64,000 bases of DNA from positions 86,428,001 through 86,492,000 of the forward strand of contig OX597820.1 in NCBI GenBank assembly GCA_951406725.2, given 5' to 3'. This document shows, one piece after another, positions 25,867-42,700 of the stretch. The notes below the pieces were generated by a model, which was given only the letters and a program-made list of their open reading frames with translations, ran no database searches and was not told the origin of the DNA. The stretch's first letter is position 1. Each line of letters begins with the position of its first letter. This DNA comes from Octopus vulgaris. Lineage: Eukaryota. The position numbers and the translations under genes were made by a program.

Positions 25867-25905
25867 CGGTATATAAATACGTACAATATACACACATTTG
25901 TATAC

Positions 25906-25955
<50 letters not shown>

Positions 25956-25988
25956 GTACACACACATGTATGTATAGATGTATATGTA

Positions 25989-26051
<63 letters not shown>

Positions 26052-26477
26052 CAGAATACTCGACTTGTGCAACGATTTTGATGAAGTGATAAAACGAAAG
26101 ATTATTTAGATATTATTTATGAGATTAATATGAGTTATCGTCCTTGACAACCTAGTGGTGCGTGTTAGGCAACTGAAATCACTTTCCTTTTTCCGAACAT
26201 TTCCTTTCTTGTTTCTAAATTTTTTTTTTATTTTTTTTTTTACTATTTCTAAATCCTTTATAAATAAGCAATAAATTATTTTCCTCTGAATATAACGTAT
26301 TACACCAACGCAACGTTACTGAGCAGAGTTTAATAGTTGTACTAGCAATATCTTTCAGGAAGCAACTTGACAAGTTTTATATCTCTCTGCGGTTTTCATT
26401 CGAATTGCCATAGTTAAAAGAATAAAATAAAAACAGAGAATAAAAAAGCCAGAGCACATGGCAAATATATACCCCCC

Positions 26478-26535
<58 letters not shown>

Positions 26536-26599
26536 CATGTATGTATGTATGTGTCTATTTATCTATTTATGTATATGCATATATGTGTATTATATATGC

Positions 26600-26668
<69 letters not shown>

Positions 26669-26729
26669 TATATGGAGAGAGATAGAAGATACATACATAT
26701 TATATATATGTACATATGTATATATCTAC

Positions 26730-26817
<88 letters not shown>

Positions 26818-27514
26818 ATATATATATACACACACATATATATTTATGTTTGTATATGTGTATATATATACACACATATACATATATATATATATATACA
26901 TATACACTCACATATATACACTCATATCACAATTTGTATGTGTATATACAAACGCATGAATATACACATACACACGCGCGCATATAAATGCAATGCATTG
27001 TGTTTTTCTGTTATTGTTGTAGAGCGTATCTTTGCGAAGAAAAACAAAAGAAAGAACTATTGAAAGCCTATTGAATCGAACAGTTAACACTGTTGCTAAG
27101 GTTACTTAGATTTCCTACGTCAACGCAGCAAGTGTAATAGTAAGACATGTATAATATAGTAGGCTCCATTTTAATATCGTACAGAAAGACGACATGGTGA
27201 AATAGCTGAGATCAGAGGTTTCAAACAATTACAACACTGAAGACTGTAAAATATTATTATTTATGTCTACCTCTCTCTCTACTCCTCTGTCTCTCGCTCC
27301 CCCTCCTCTCTCTCTCTCACTCTCACTCACTCCGTGTAAATTCGAGTATATTAAGTATATGTACGCGCGCTTCTGTGCATATGTATGTATGCATATATGT
27401 AAGTTGTAGATAGATACTGACTGTATATAACATATTTTCTGTATGCCTATAAATACAATGTATACCCCCATATGTAGGCGACTGGACGTATATATATATA
27501 TATATATATATATA

Positions 27515-27852
27515 TGAAGAATACAAAAAATGGGACAAGAACGCAACAGGTGACAATAAAACATCCAGACAGTTAGATGATACAAAAAGGGACAAGAAAA
27601 TACAAGGACGGGTCATTCGGAGTTTCCTTTCCTCGGTCGAGTTCCAGATCATCTTTGTCGCTTCAGCTGGTTATACTCTACTCGAAACTGCTCCAAACTG
27701 GCCAGCCTCAAGGAAAATCTAAGCTAAGAGCACTAGATTTCTTAAAAGAAAGCTGCGAATGTATATGAAATCAAGGACGAAAAGAAACGGGAAAATGATA
27801 CAGAAATACAAATGCAAAGAACAGGACATCAACAACAGGTGTCTTTCGACTA
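27515..27852 (-). mobile_element. Non-coding PLE-type repeat in (TA)n; diverged copy of 47367-47682
   Basis: Reverse complement tatacattcg...aagaaatcta.tgctc.tagcttag.ttttccttg.ggctggcc...cgaatg.cccgtcc aligns with 47468-47620. Confidence 0.7.
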
Positions 27853-28189
27853 TATATATATATATTTATATGTATATATATATATATGGTGGGTATCTAT
27901 TCCTATGCTAAGTTTGACCACCTCATGTGCCTACACCTTAGAACCATCATGGCGTCTGATGTGGCTTTTTAAACCAGTCAATGATTGAAAAGACACCCAC
28001 ATAGATTCCATATCCGATTTGGATCACCAATATCTGCAGATAAGTTCTTACTTTTGTGGATATTAAAATGTCTCTTGACGCCACCGTTATATTTGCAAAC
28101 CTTCTGGCATACATTGCATACAAAGATGTGCACAGATATATAGGCAGAATAGTGGAGACACTTAGACAGATAGACAGAGGGATAGATAT

Positions 28190-28260
<71 letters not shown>

Positions 28261-28745
28261 CAAACATGCATACATACAGACAGACATACATATGAACAAT
28301 TTATGTTAAAAAAAATAGTTAAGAGCGGTCTGTAGCATGCATATGAGTAATAAAGGTGAATAACATCATTTAAATTACAAAGAAAAAACTTGATTTATTG
28401 ACATTTTTATCCCTTCAAGAGAAGCGTAAGCAAATATCTTGTGGCACTCGTGACTAACGCCAACTAACAAAGGGAGATAATCTCGAGGATCAGAAATTTT
28501 TAGAAATGCTTTTAAGTAACAAACTGAGACGAACTTTGAGACAAAAAGCCCAATTGTGTACACATGTTTCTGTTTTATAAGATGTCAACATATGCATTTT
28601 CATGACGTAGCATGTTCGAAACATCCATTGTAGGATGTGTGAAACATTTACCATCTTTCATTTTGCAATGTCTTCAACAAAACATTCACTTGAAAATAAG
28701 CAATTTTTTTATATTTTGCTTGTTTTTACCGTCCGGCATTGAAAC

Positions 28746-28791
<46 letters not shown>

Positions 28792-29637
28792 CCGAAACTG
28801 AAACGTTGCCAGATGTTTCTCTATTGTGAGTAAAATCGAATTCTAAAACGAGATTTAATCACGTGAATGTGATGGTGGCTTTACAGTTATATCATTATTG
28901 GTAGCTGCGATTATTGATGTGGTAAACAATACATGTACTGTTATAAGACAGCCAGCGCTTCCAAATATTGGAAATTATAGCAGTGTTATGAATAGCTGAC
29001 GAAAAAATCATGATATTAAGATAAATTATAAACGATCTCTGACAGAATCAAAGTGACCCCACCCCCATAATCAAAGAGGCTAATTCGCATAGATACAGAT
29101 ATCCTGGTTAACAGACAGACAGTGTATTGTCAATATTCCTAGGATAGAAACATTTTAGTATCCATCTCATACATTACAGTATCAGACATAATAAATGTCA
29201 TATGTAGAATAAATACGTATACTAAATAAATATGAAGGTCTGGAAACAGAGATAAGGCGAAAATATTTAGTGTCTTAAGAATAATTGCAAAGAAGGCAAA
29301 CAAATAATAACGAAAAACTACAGGCTTCAATATATTCACAACTCAGAAAAATATAATATCATTTTTACGCTACGCAGCATGCTAGTAGTAACAGGCATAC
29401 ATAACATTCAGAAAAGAAACACCTTTATGTACTGCCTAATTATATATAATTAGAAAATAACGTGACTACGGTACCCACTTGGATTCTATATCCCTACCAA
29501 CCATAATTTGGAAAAAAATATTTAATATGCGCGTGTGTGTGTGTTATCATTATCACTATATAATAATTACATATATGTATAAATATATATACATATATAC
29601 ATGCACACAGACAAATAAATACACAAACACAAATAAG

Positions 29638-29709
<72 letters not shown>

Positions 29710-30716
29710 ACGTTCAAAAAGTAATACAAAGCAATTTATGTAATGAAAGCGGGCAGAGTTGTGCTCGATTGTACAGTGAAAATAATGAAACTTCTGAAGA
29801 AATATTTTAATTTCCTACAAAGCCACAAAGGAGATGTTTCAAGGAGGAAATCAACCTAGTGTTTAATTGGCAATTTCTTTTGCTGACTCTGGAGGGATAA
29901 TGACGAAAAGTTGATCTCGGTGGGATATGAACTCAGAATGTTAAGAGTCGTGGCTAATTATCACAAACCATTTTATCCAATGCTCTAAAGATTCCACTAA
30001 TCCACGCATGTAAACCATAGTAATGTGACTCTCAAACACACATACACAAGCCGCGCTATGAATTCTATACTTCATTGTGTTTTCCTTAGAATGTGAGCAG
30101 ATGTGTCAGCGAAGGTCATTCAATTGTTGGCTGTGCCTTTGTTATTATTGTAATGGTGGCGGTTGTGCTGGCTGATTTTTCGATTTTCTGTCCATAGATT
30201 CCTGTCGATAAGGTAATAATATATTACATTAGTTTCAGCTGGGCGGGCGAGGTGAAACACAAATACAAAAAAAAAAAAAACGATATTCAGCGAAAAAGAA
30301 ATAGACATTTGATATAGAAGAAATGCTAACTTGTACATACAGTGTTGATTGTTAGAACGTATCTAATGAGATAGTTGTGGAATATATCATGTAGAATCCA
30401 TAGATATTGGAGACGATAGTTTAGAAAACTTAGGGCAGGGTTTCATAGTCCAAACTATTGACATTCCAGCTTAAGTCACTTCAGTTGTGTTTTTCTATTC
30501 TGTTCTTATCTGTTTATTGTACTTTTTCTATCTTATACTCAACAATACTTCTTTTCTCTTTCTCTTTTCTCCTCTATCCACCTCTTTCATCCCATTCTAC
30601 ACCTCTTATCTCCACTCCTTCACATTTTGTCACCTCGCTCTCTTACATTTGTGCAATAACTACGTGTGGCTTACTCAGACGAGAAACGTGATAGATAGAA
30701 CGATATATAAGTATGT

Positions 30717-30737
30717 AGATATAGATAGATAGATAGC

Positions 30738-30793
<56 letters not shown>

Positions 30794-31030
30794 TACATAC
30801 ATACATGCATACATACATGCATGCATGCATGCATACATACATACATACATACATACATACATACATACATACATACATGCATACATACATACATACATGC
30901 ATGCATACATACATACATACATACATACATGTATGCATGCATCCATCCTCCATCCATCTATACATACATACATACATAAAAACATACATACATATGTAGG
31001 TAGATAGATAGACAGACAGACAGATAGATA
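30717..31030. repeat. (TAGA)n/(CATA)n compound microsatellite
   Basis: Direct reading. Confidence 0.95.
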
Positions 31031-31224
31031 GATTTCTTTATTGGACACACACAGCTAAACACAGAAGGGACAAAATACAAAGTAGAGCTTTTCTTTTTGG
31101 GAAAAAGAGAAGGGGATAAAAGGGGTGGGAAATTTCGATCAAACGGGATCATGAAAAGAAGAAAAAAGAAAAAAAGGGGACAAATTCCGATCAAAAAGTA
31201 TCGTGGGAAAATGGAAAAAGAAGG

Positions 31225-31321
<97 letters not shown>

Positions 31322-31489
31322 CTACAGTTATATGAATTAGGCATGAGTGTGTGTATTATGCGCGTTTGTGCATTTATGCGTATATGTGCGTGAGTACGTG
31401 TGTATTACTGCCCAGAAAACTGAGATCATTTAACATTAGCTTGTTTCATCGTCCCTACATTCTTAAAAGCGCAACAAAGCAAAAAAGAG

Positions 31490-32110
31490 CTATGAAGTAT
31501 TGGTAAATTCTGGGTGATGATGGTGAAGGCTTCTTCGTTTCTGGGGTTGTATGTAGATATGTAAGGTAGTATTTTCGGGGAAGGTGTGTTGTTGTGTTGA
31601 ACTTTTCTTAAAATTTCTATGTTGATTTCTGTTGCACGTCTGATCCCATCCTCTATGAGTTGAGCTGGGTAATGTCTGTCAATTAGGGTGTTTTTGAGTT
31701 CTTGCAGTCTAAAGTTCCTGGTATTTTGTTCTGACACTATTGTGCATATCCTTCTTGCAAGGTTGAAGGGGATGTTTGTTTTAGTGTGTCTTGGGTGGCA
31801 TGAATTAAAGAGAAGGTATTGTTTGGCGTCTGTGGCTTTGTAGAAAATGTCTGTTTCTATTTTAAGGTTAATTTTTTTAATTAGTATATCCAAGAATGGG
31901 AGCTCCTTTTGGTTGTATTCCATTGTGAACTGTATATTTGGGTTTATGCTGTTCAATAGGTTTTTAAATTTTAGGAGTTTATCTGTGTTTTCATTCCAGA
32001 GAATAAAACAATCGTCTAAGAATCGTTTCCAGTTCTCTTTTATGTATTGAGAGAGGGGATTTCCAAAGATTGATAAAGATTCCTGGTAAATGATTATTTC
32101 CATGTACGAC
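31490..32110 (-). mobile_element. PLE reverse transcriptase C-terminal/thumb fragment
   Basis: WKRFLDDCF, INPNIQFTME, LPFLDI, TDIFYKATDAKQYL..SCHP.H.K.NIP..LARRI; truncated at both ends. Confidence 0.9.
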
Positions 32111-35100
32111 TATTTTTTATATATTCACCCACGTGCTTTCACAAACCAACTTTCTTATCTATATATATATATATATATACATTAAGTACAGGACATCACC
32201 AACGAGTGAAAAACGCGTAAACATACGAGTGATAAATACAGGACAAAATATCAAAAGATACAATATAAAAACAGGACATCACCAACGAGTGAAAATACGT
32301 AAACACATGATGAAAGACAAGTATGAGACAAAATACCAAAAGAAGTCTAACTCCTCCTCAGTTTTCGAATGTTTATTAATCCATATTTCGAGCTTTCAAC
32401 AAGATAGGAAAACTTCATAAGACAGCAGAATCCAGAAATGTTTAAAATATAAAATTTGGGTAGAGTTAGAGCTTCGAACGAACAAACAATAACAGAGTGG
32501 CCGTACAAAGTAAACAATCGACGAAGGCAAAAATTAAGGGCCGTTAGGCCAAGACGCATTGAAATGGGTAACGTCTGGGACAAATTTTGAAGTGATATAG
32601 AATAAATAGAAGAGAAGAAAATAGTAGAAGAGGAGAATGTCGGGAGGCGAGAGAAATGACGTCCAGATAGGTGGAGGTCGCGTCCAGAAAAGACAGAGGT
32701 GGGAGAAATGGCCTGTAGTCACGTGTGAGCAAACAAGCAGAGGGGAGAGTGGACAAGAAAGAGGATGAGGGAATGAAGCAAAGGGAGTGAGGAGAAGAGA
32801 GAAGGAACGAAAGATGGTAGGGAGTGGAAGAAATACAGACAGGGGACAGCAAAGAACGAGAGGAAGAAGGGGAAAATAAGAGGATTATACAGGGATGTAA
32901 ATGTATATATTTATATATTTATTTTTTACATTTATGAATGTATATGTGTAACAGCTGTTTCAGTAGAACTGTATTCAATCTAGTCGTGAAAGATTATATA
33001 ATAGATTGCATAATATTATTTTGCAAATGTATTAGTAGCTTTAGTCCAAGGCTGGCCATTTAAATTCGATTAAGCCTGATGACGGTAGGATGGTATAATA
33101 ATATTATGTATTCAATTATGACATCTTTTACGACTTCATTGAACAAAGTTCTACTGTAATAGAACACCACTAGTATATCACTATTTTATACTTACTCTGC
33201 ACCAAAGATTCACCAGTTATTCGGTCATTGTCTATTAATTGGATTTGGTATTTACATAACCACAGTATCCTGTAAGCATTTCATGTTTACAATGTTGTAT
33301 TATATAACTGTAAGCGCAACGTAATTATACCTAGCCATTCTCTGGCGTCTTACATGCTGATATGCCTCAACTGTTAATGAATCCTTATAAATGGATAATA
33401 ATATATACGCTTATATCTACATATTCATGTATTTATGTATAATATTTTTATACACATATGCATGTATGTACAAATGTAATTAAATAGATATATGAATTAA
33501 ATAGGCACATGAATATTCTTACATGTAAATACTCGAAGATAGGTTGACAAAGTTATTACGGAGAAAGAAGACAATGGCTAGGTATGAAGAACGAGAAAAT
33601 CTATACACAATATGGTTTAGGATAACTGGATATCATTCTAATAGTATGTCGGTATCACCGTGATTTTGGTAAGTAGTTAGTCTGTCATTAGTATTGGAGG
33701 TCAGTGCTGCGTCCTGTCACTCATTTTGTCTACTGCCGCTGTCTCTCCCTTTGCTATGATATCATCAGATGTTTATCTCGTTCGTATTCCTTCCAGTTTT
33801 GTTTTTAAATTATTATGGTATCAGGAATGTGAAATAATTCGTTTTGAAAACATATACATATATATATAAATTTATATAAATAAGGATAAGATCGTTATTT
33901 AAAATACCGATCATATCAATATATAGGGGGGAGAGAGAGTGAGTATATGTATATACAGGATTCCTTTTGCTGTTTCTACGCAGATTGAAAAGAATGATGA
34001 TCACTCTTATTCGATTTTTATTTGATTCTAATCAGAGGTATTTACCGATCCCAGAAAAACAAGCAGCCATTATGTTTGTAAAGTCACCAATTACGGTAGC
34101 TACAGAAAATTGGAGCTACTAATTTACCTACCACAAATGCTAACACTTTATTTTAGATAATAGGGAACCTGCCAACGGGGATCTCAGTCGACATAGTATC
34201 AAGGTATGAATAGACAAAATGCTATATGTAGACTAACATTTATATATGTATGTGCGTGTGTACGTATAAAAAAAATGACAGGGAGAGAGATGAAGAGAAT
34301 ACGCGGAATAATTTCTCAGATTGTTCAGTTGAAAACAGATCGTGATAGCTTTGGTTTGTTTATTAAAATACATTTTTCATTATTTCTTTATTAGTTTTGA
34401 GAAATAGTTAATCAACTCTTGCAAAACATTCGGCATTATCCTCAGGGTGATATTTGTGCTAATTTTTATTACTGGTTTGTTTTAGATTAGCAAGCAATGC
34501 ATGACAATGTTGTTTACCTAATGGTACCATCACCACATGCCTTTTATTTATTTATTTATTTATCTATTTAAATCGAACCTGTATTCATTAACAGTTCATA
34601 GATTATTGTTACATTAGAATAACCTTGTGTTAATATTTGGTTGTACTTCGCTAATTTAATTGGTAATCATTTTATCTAAGTCTGTATAAAGTAGTTATAT
34701 AATATACATTTTTTTAATTTTATGTTCCGTTGCATATGTAATGTGTTGTAATGGTTATGTGTAAGAAATACATAGATAAATGGCGAGCGAGTGTTGTTGT
34801 TGTTTCTTCTACGTAACATTCATTTAAATTCTAATTTACAGCTTTTATGTTTACACTGAAATTTGACTATAACATTCATCTGAAGTTGCTTCCATCACAT
34901 ACGGTGCTACAGTTTTATAATGATCAGAAGGTTTGTAATACATTCTTAATGTTAGTTGTGGTTCATGCTAAGATTTATTTTGCACTATTTTATGAGAGGT
35001 TTTGTGTTCTTTCGTTTTATACGTAGGATGAATTTGGTTTCTGCGTTTTATTGGTTGTTGTATCTCTTATATTTGTAAGGTGATATTTGTGACACTGATT

Positions 35101-35789
35101 TTGTATTGTTCTGCAACTTGGTCTTCTAGCTTGTTCGAATAACAGCAGTGAACTAAAGGATAATTTAATTTGAGGAAGTAAACATCAATAGAAACGTAAT
35201 TTTGCGTGGACAACAACTACGTAAATTGGGTGTCCAGCAAACAAAGACAAAACAAAACAAAAGCTCTTGTCAGGATACACAGGAAAGTGTACTTTGGAGA
35301 CATTATTGATATTCTCTATATATGAACACTATGTATATATAGGCATCAGTTGTGGCTTCCTTAGTATATACAGATATTACGATTGTGTTATTTCCTACGT
35401 TAATTTAAAGGAGAGAATGGAATAGTTCCTAGCTTCTACTGCTGGACGCTATCAATGTTAGGTCACAATAAAATTCATTCAGAGCACAAGAATTATTAGA
35501 ATAAGGGCGAATCTAGAATGTCTATCGTTGTCTTTCATAGCGGTGCGAGCAGTATATCGTGAGCAGCTTGCTAGTTCTAATTCCTGCAACTTTTTTTGTC
35601 CATCCACATCACTATTAACACCACCACCGCCACTGCCAGCATCACCATCATCATCATCATCATCATCATTATCATCATCATCATTATCATCATCATCATT
35701 ATCATCGTCGTCATCATCATCATCATCATCATCGTCGTCGTTATTGTTATACATTTCACTCCCCAGAGCACTTGATTTCACTTTTTCTG

Positions 35790-36000
35790 ACTAATTCTTT
35801 AAGAGCAGACAACAGTCTATTGTCAAGGGTCCCACAGCGGTAATAGAATCCCACAGGGATTCAATTACTGCTAAACACTTATAATTCGCTCCCCCTGTAA
35901 ATGATTTTAATGCCTGGCCATCTGGTAATTGGATGCCTTCGCTAATAACAACATGTCCCCTTCTCATGACTAATATCGCACACTTATCCAACCCACACTT
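35790..36000 (-). mobile_element. R4/Dong-clade non-LTR RT fragment
   Basis: GLDKCAILVMRRG.VV.SEGIQLPDG....YKCL.VIE matches the R4-clade GLDKC...YKYLG(V/I)LE region. Confidence 0.7.
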
Positions 36001-36353
36001 ATCACGAGCAGAAGTAGTGGGGGAGCATCATAGCCATGTGTTGAGAGGGATTCTTTGGGGTTTGAATAGTTCACCTCTGGAAACATGGGTGGTTCTTTCA
36101 ACATCCTTAAACAACCCTTATTCAGGGACCGTTTGAGCGGGATGGCGTACTCGACCAGAAGAAAATTCTAACTGGGCCCCACCTGCAAGGTCATGTGCTG
36201 TTTATCTTGATATGAGATCACCATGTCGCGCACAAATGGTTGTGATGCATGTGCCTGGTGTACCCTTATCAGACGGGTAGTAATGATGGGTATATTGGGC
36301 TTCATATATTTTACCCCAGTGTCACTTTGAGGGCATGCACTGCTCTCTCACCC
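36001..36353 (+). mobile_element. (AAT)n-flanked ~550-bp non-coding element, 5'-truncated copy A
   Basis: Near-identical to 37181-37533 and to the reverse complement of 38517-38871. Confidence 0.85.
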
Positions 36354-37533
<1,180 letters not shown>

Positions 37534-38151
37534 AATAATTATAATGATAATATTTTCGTTATCCTTGTTCTTTTGTACTATCACTTTGCTGAAATACTTT
37601 AAATAATGTCGCAGGTGTGAAATTCCACTTCGAGTAATATCTAATACCCAATTAGTTACTGATGTAAAGGAAAATATTTGTTTCTGTAGTTTTTGTCTAT
37701 GATTTTGTCTACGCGTGTGTCGGTGATGGGAATTGTATGAGTATGTATATATGTCTATGTGCGCGTTTGCGCCTGTATAAGAGTGCTTGTTACATTCAAC
37801 ACATTACACACAAACGTCATCCACTCGAGGCAAGTTTGTATTAACCACTTTCTGTCTAATTTCATTTCCTCTGTGAATAAATTACCTCAAACGCTGTTAC
37901 GGTATATATTTGTTACGAATTGCTGTCATTATCAATTCGGTAAAATGGGCGTTGGATGAACTGGCAGAATCAAAACCTGTTCAAATTCTTTTATTTATTT
38001 AATCCACTAACCACCTCACCTCCAATTTTTATCCTGGTGCTAAAGCTAAATAAAACTATACAGAGTGGTGTTTTAGCAGAATCTTCAAAGCATTGCCTTT
38101 TCTTTAACACTTCCTCTCAAAATCACAGTCAGCAGCATCAGCATTATTATT

Positions 38152-38221
<70 letters not shown>

Positions 38222-38222
38222 T

Positions 38223-38259
<37 letters not shown>

Positions 38260-38272
38260 AAGTAGTAGTATT

Positions 38273-38485
38273 AAGGCGAAGAGTTGGAAAATTCGTTAGG
38301 ACGCCAGGCAAAATGCTTAGTGGCATTTCTTCCATCATTACGTATTGAGTTCAAATTCCGCTGAGGTTCACTTTGACTTTCTTCATTTCGGGATCAATAA
38401 AATAAATACTATTTGAGCAGTGGGATCGATGGAATCGAGTTAGTCCCTTGTGCAAAGTTTTTGACCTTGAGCCAGAATTTGAAAT
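38273..38485 (+). mobile_element. SINE family A following a (TAG)n tract
   Basis: aaggcgaagagttgg...gagttcaaattccgctgagg.... Confidence 0.8.
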
Positions 38486-38516
38486 TATAATTATTATTAT
38501 TATTATTATTATTATT

Positions 38517-39071
38517 GAGTGAGAGAGCAGTGCATGCCATCAAAGTGACACTGGGGTAAAATATACGAAGCCCAGTATACCCATCATAACTACCCGTCTG
38601 ATAAGGGTACACCAGGCACATGCATCACAACCATATGTGCGCGACATGGTGATCTCATATGAAGATAAACAGCACATGACCTTGCAGATGGAGGCCCAGT
38701 TAGAATTTTCTTTAGGTTGAGTAGCCCATCCCGCTCGAAAGGTTCCTGAATAAGGGTTGTTTAAGGATGTTGAAAGAACCACCCATGTTTCCAGAGGTGA
38801 ATTATTCAAACCCCAAAGAATCCCTCTCAGCACATGGCTATGATGCTCCCCCACTACTTCTGCTCGTGATCAGAGATGCACATATCGTCAGCCATTAAGA
38901 GACATGCTCAACTGGTTAAGGTCAAACAACTGACAAGCAAATCTGTGGTATTGAGCAGAATATTTGCTGTAGCCCATCTTTTATACCAAGACAAAACAAT
39001 GTACGTGATAACACTTCCAATCAGTTAAGATTGGAAGCCATGAGAGCCACTGCCTGGTACTGCATCAGGGC
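38517..39071 (-). mobile_element. (AAT)n-flanked non-coding element, full copy C (inverted)
   Basis: Reverse complement of copy B, bounded by (ATT)n on both sides. Confidence 0.85.
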
Positions 39072-39143
<72 letters not shown>

Positions 39144-39154
39144 TATCATCATCA

Positions 39155-39367
39155 TTCAGTAGTTTTATTTTTATAACGTGCTTTCACTTCACTACCGAGC
39201 GCAGTTCTGTGTGCCTAGGGTATGTGCTGTGATTTGTTGTGATGCTCTGATTGTTACTGTATTGAAAGTGTTCTGCGTAGGATGTGTGCGGTGCCTAGTA
39301 GTGCAATTTTCTGTATGTTATATGTGTTTGTAAGTCCTGGTGTTTTTGTTATGTATTTGTCTGGATA

Positions 39368-39370
<3 letters not shown>
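39155..39370 (-). mobile_element. 3' end of an R4/Dong retrotransposon inserted in (TAA)n
   Basis: KYITKTPGLTNTYNIQKIALLGTAHILRRTLS* (RLE C-terminus QK.ALLGT..ILR), a short 3' UTR, and TAA repeats on both sides. Confidence 0.8.
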
Positions 39371-39439
<69 letters not shown>

Positions 39440-39455
39440 CATCATCATCATCATC

Positions 39456-39555
<100 letters not shown>

Positions 39556-39580
39556 ACATCATCATCATCATCATTATTAT

Positions 39581-39790
39581 TAAGGCGGCGAGCTGGCAGA
39601 TTCGTTAGCAAGCCTGGCAAAATGCTTAGCGGCATTTCGTCTGCCACTACGTTCTGACTTCTAAATCCGCTGAGATTGACTTTGTCTTTCATCCTTTCCG
39701 GGTCGATAAATTAAGTACTAGGGGGACATTAAGTCAATTAGTCTCCTCCCCAAAATTTCAGGCCTTGTGCCTACAGTAGAAAGGATTATC
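39581..39790 (+). mobile_element. SINE family A
   Basis: aaggcggcgagctggcagattcgttagca head and common tail. Confidence 0.85.
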
Positions 39791-39819
39791 ATTGTTATTT
39801 TCTCATTATCACAGGTTTT

Positions 39820-40340
39820 GTAGGAGCTCCTGGAGCCTTGCATGCGTTGCGGTCTTACTACCTGCAGCCTTCGGTACCACCCTTTTCTTTCTTCTCAGCT
39901 ATCTAATATATTCCTGATTGTTGTGACCGTGCTAAGGAAGCAACCGTTTTCTAACAGTTCTACTGGGCACCCTATTCTAATTTCCTTTATATTCCACTTG
40001 ATGCCTTTTGATACTCTTCCCAAGGACCCAACACTAACAGGTACTATCTTCACCTTCTTCATTTTCCATAGCCGAGCTATTTCGTACATAAGAGGGTTGT
40101 ATCCATCTATCTTTTCGTCTTCGTTTTTGCTTATTCGTGGGTCAAAGGGGAATGCAATATCAACTATATAGCATATGCGGTAGCCCTTGTCTACCATTAC
40201 TAGATCCAGACTATTATGCTCTAGCACCTGATCTGTTTGGATTGAGAAATCCCAGAGGATTTTGCTAGTCTCCGACTCCGTCACTCTCTGTGGTCTGTGC
40301 TCGTACTAGCCTCTCGAGCCACCACTTTTCGCACAGTCGA
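39820..40340 (-). mobile_element. R4/Dong restriction-like endonuclease domain and 3' UTR
   Basis: KILWDFSIQTD....N.LDLVMVDK....YIVDIAFPFD..I..NEDEKIDGY..L..EI.RLW....IVPV.VGSLG; the PD motif is degraded to LD. Confidence 0.9.
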
Positions 40341-40611
40341 TGTAATCTATTCACTTATGTCATTAATGTCATTAACCACTGGGGTCTTGCTTTAGAGAGG
40401 TTCATGGGAAGACATTTTGCTGCTCTAGACAGCAGCAAAACCATAGTATGTGTGCTGAAAATATCCTGTTAAATATTCCTGCCTATAAGTTACACCGATT
40501 TCTCACCGGTAATATTTCAGGTCGCTTTATTGCAGTATTTGTTAACGGATCCCTTTATTCCTGACTCTCAAACCAATTTGGTGTTGAGGTGTGTGTGTGC
40601 GTGAGTGTTTG

Positions 40612-40741
40612 TAGGTTGGTAGGTAGGTAGGTAGGTAGGTAGGTAGGTAGGTAGGTAGGTAGGTAGGTAGGTAGGTAGGTAGGTAGGTAGGTAGGTAGGT
40701 AGGTAGGTAGGTAGGTAGGTAGGTAGGTAGGTGGGTAGGTA
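40612..40741. repeat. (TAGG)n microsatellite
   Basis: Direct reading. Confidence 0.95.
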
Positions 40742-41684
40742 TGCATGCTTCTACTTATGGAATTAAAATAAAGTTTTCATTTCATACTTAATATAATTCC
40801 GTTTCAACTACAATATTTACTTTTTCAATATTTATATAAAGTGCTGTTTTGATGTGACTTATCTCATCAGTATATTACACATAATTATGTTTTTGGAAAG
40901 AAATGAATATGCAAATGTTAACATTTATAAATATAGATGCAAACGATCGACAAATATATTTGATTAAAGAATATGATTCTTCTCTTTCAGAAAATATAGA
41001 CAGGAAGGTGAATTTCCTTTGACGTACAGTCTGGGAAATTTTATAAAGTATACCTTTGGATGACTTTGGTAACAGATCGCTACTCCATGGAGCTAGACTT
41101 AATGAGAACATTTTCATTACAATATACGTGACTATGTTTGCAACATGTGCGACTTATGCCGTCGTGTTTTCTATGTTTGCCTTTCATCGAACAGATTCTA
41201 CAGGTTTCGCGTACTAGTTACAAATACCAACATGCATTATATGAAGAAATTCACAGATATTTTGTGTTGATATCTGTTGAAGTGAATGCTTATTCCGTGC
41301 TATTTGTTCACTTTTTTTGCAAGAGCGACAGGCTACATTAGGAAAGTTATCTCTTTCAATATTAATTAAATACATATCACTTAATATATAATTTCTTTAA
41401 ATTTCTTACTTTTTCATTTCACTTTCACAGCAATTTTAGTCGCTCAACACTTATAAACTGATCAGTTTTGATGTGACCGAGTGTCATCTGTACAAACTAA
41501 TTAGGTATTATACGCATGTTCGTTATCTGTGTGTATATATGTGTGTGTATGTGTGCATGTGTGTCTATATACGTATAAAGTTACATATATAGACACACAT
41601 ATGCACACATATGTATATACATGCATACATACACGCAAACATACGTCAAGGTAAATAGATAGGTAGATAGATAGATAAATAAAT

Positions 41685-41792
<108 letters not shown>

Positions 41793-41949
41793 GTACGTAT
41801 ATACGTATGTATGTATGTGTGAATTTATGTATGTATGTGTGTACGTATGTATGTGTGTACGTATGTATGTGCATGTATATAAGTATGTATATGTATGTAT
41901 CTATCTTTGTATATATGTATGTATATCCTTATAAAGGTGCCAATATAGG

Positions 41950-42700
41950 CACCGTAATAATAACATTCCGATTCCACCAAGGGATCTTTACATAAAACTA
42001 TTATTACAGAAGACTTATAACCTCATTGAAGGGATGAGGTGGCGAATTCTGCTCTACGACAACAAATCTAATACCTCTCACTCCTCCAAGTACGATGGCT
42101 AATATAAATTAAAAACTTATAAAAGGGCTACTATAACTTAAAACTTTTAAAAATACGCCTCGTAACCTTACACTGGCTAATTTCGAAAAGGATCTTCTTC
42201 AAATGATTAGCAATATAAAATTCTTTAATAAGACGGCGGACCCATTCGATGAGAACCTCTCCAAAATTATCTAAGGGTAAAAACTCTCCACATTTTCTTG
42301 CTTTTTCGACAAAACCCGAGACAAAACACCTTCTTGATTGATATATATATATACTTATTTCATACGTAAAGATTTTAGTGCCACGATATATGTAACATAA
42401 TTACAGCATGGAATCATTAAAATTAATGGATTTCATCAGTAGCCAGCATATAAAAACCTTTTTAGGCAAAATACATTTATAGAGATATATAGTTGTACCC
42501 TACACAATTATACTTAAGGGCACAAAAACTATTATGCTTATATGCTGAAAGAACACGCCGAATACATTCTACCACTCCAGATATTCACTCCACAAATAAT
42601 TATACAGATTGAAAACAGAAAAACAGTCTAGCTAAAAATTCATAAAATAATTTAGATAGTTTCGGTTTGGTCAGTTTCTGAATTAATTTAGTAACTTTCC
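41950..42700 (+). mobile_element. Naiad-like PLE fragments (N-terminus and linker)
   Basis: NIPIPPRDLYIKLLLQKTYNLIEGMRWRILLYD, LANFEKDLLQMISNIKF, and PAYKNLFRQNTFIEIYSC. Confidence 0.6.

Noticed and set aside
30090-30212. 123-nt segment with plausible splice acceptor and donor
   Set aside because: All three frames contain stops and no partner exons are evident; it could only be non-coding.
40991-41217. Possible exon or short hydrophobic ORF after ttctctttcag
   Set aside because: No continuous frame from the acceptor and no recognisable domain.
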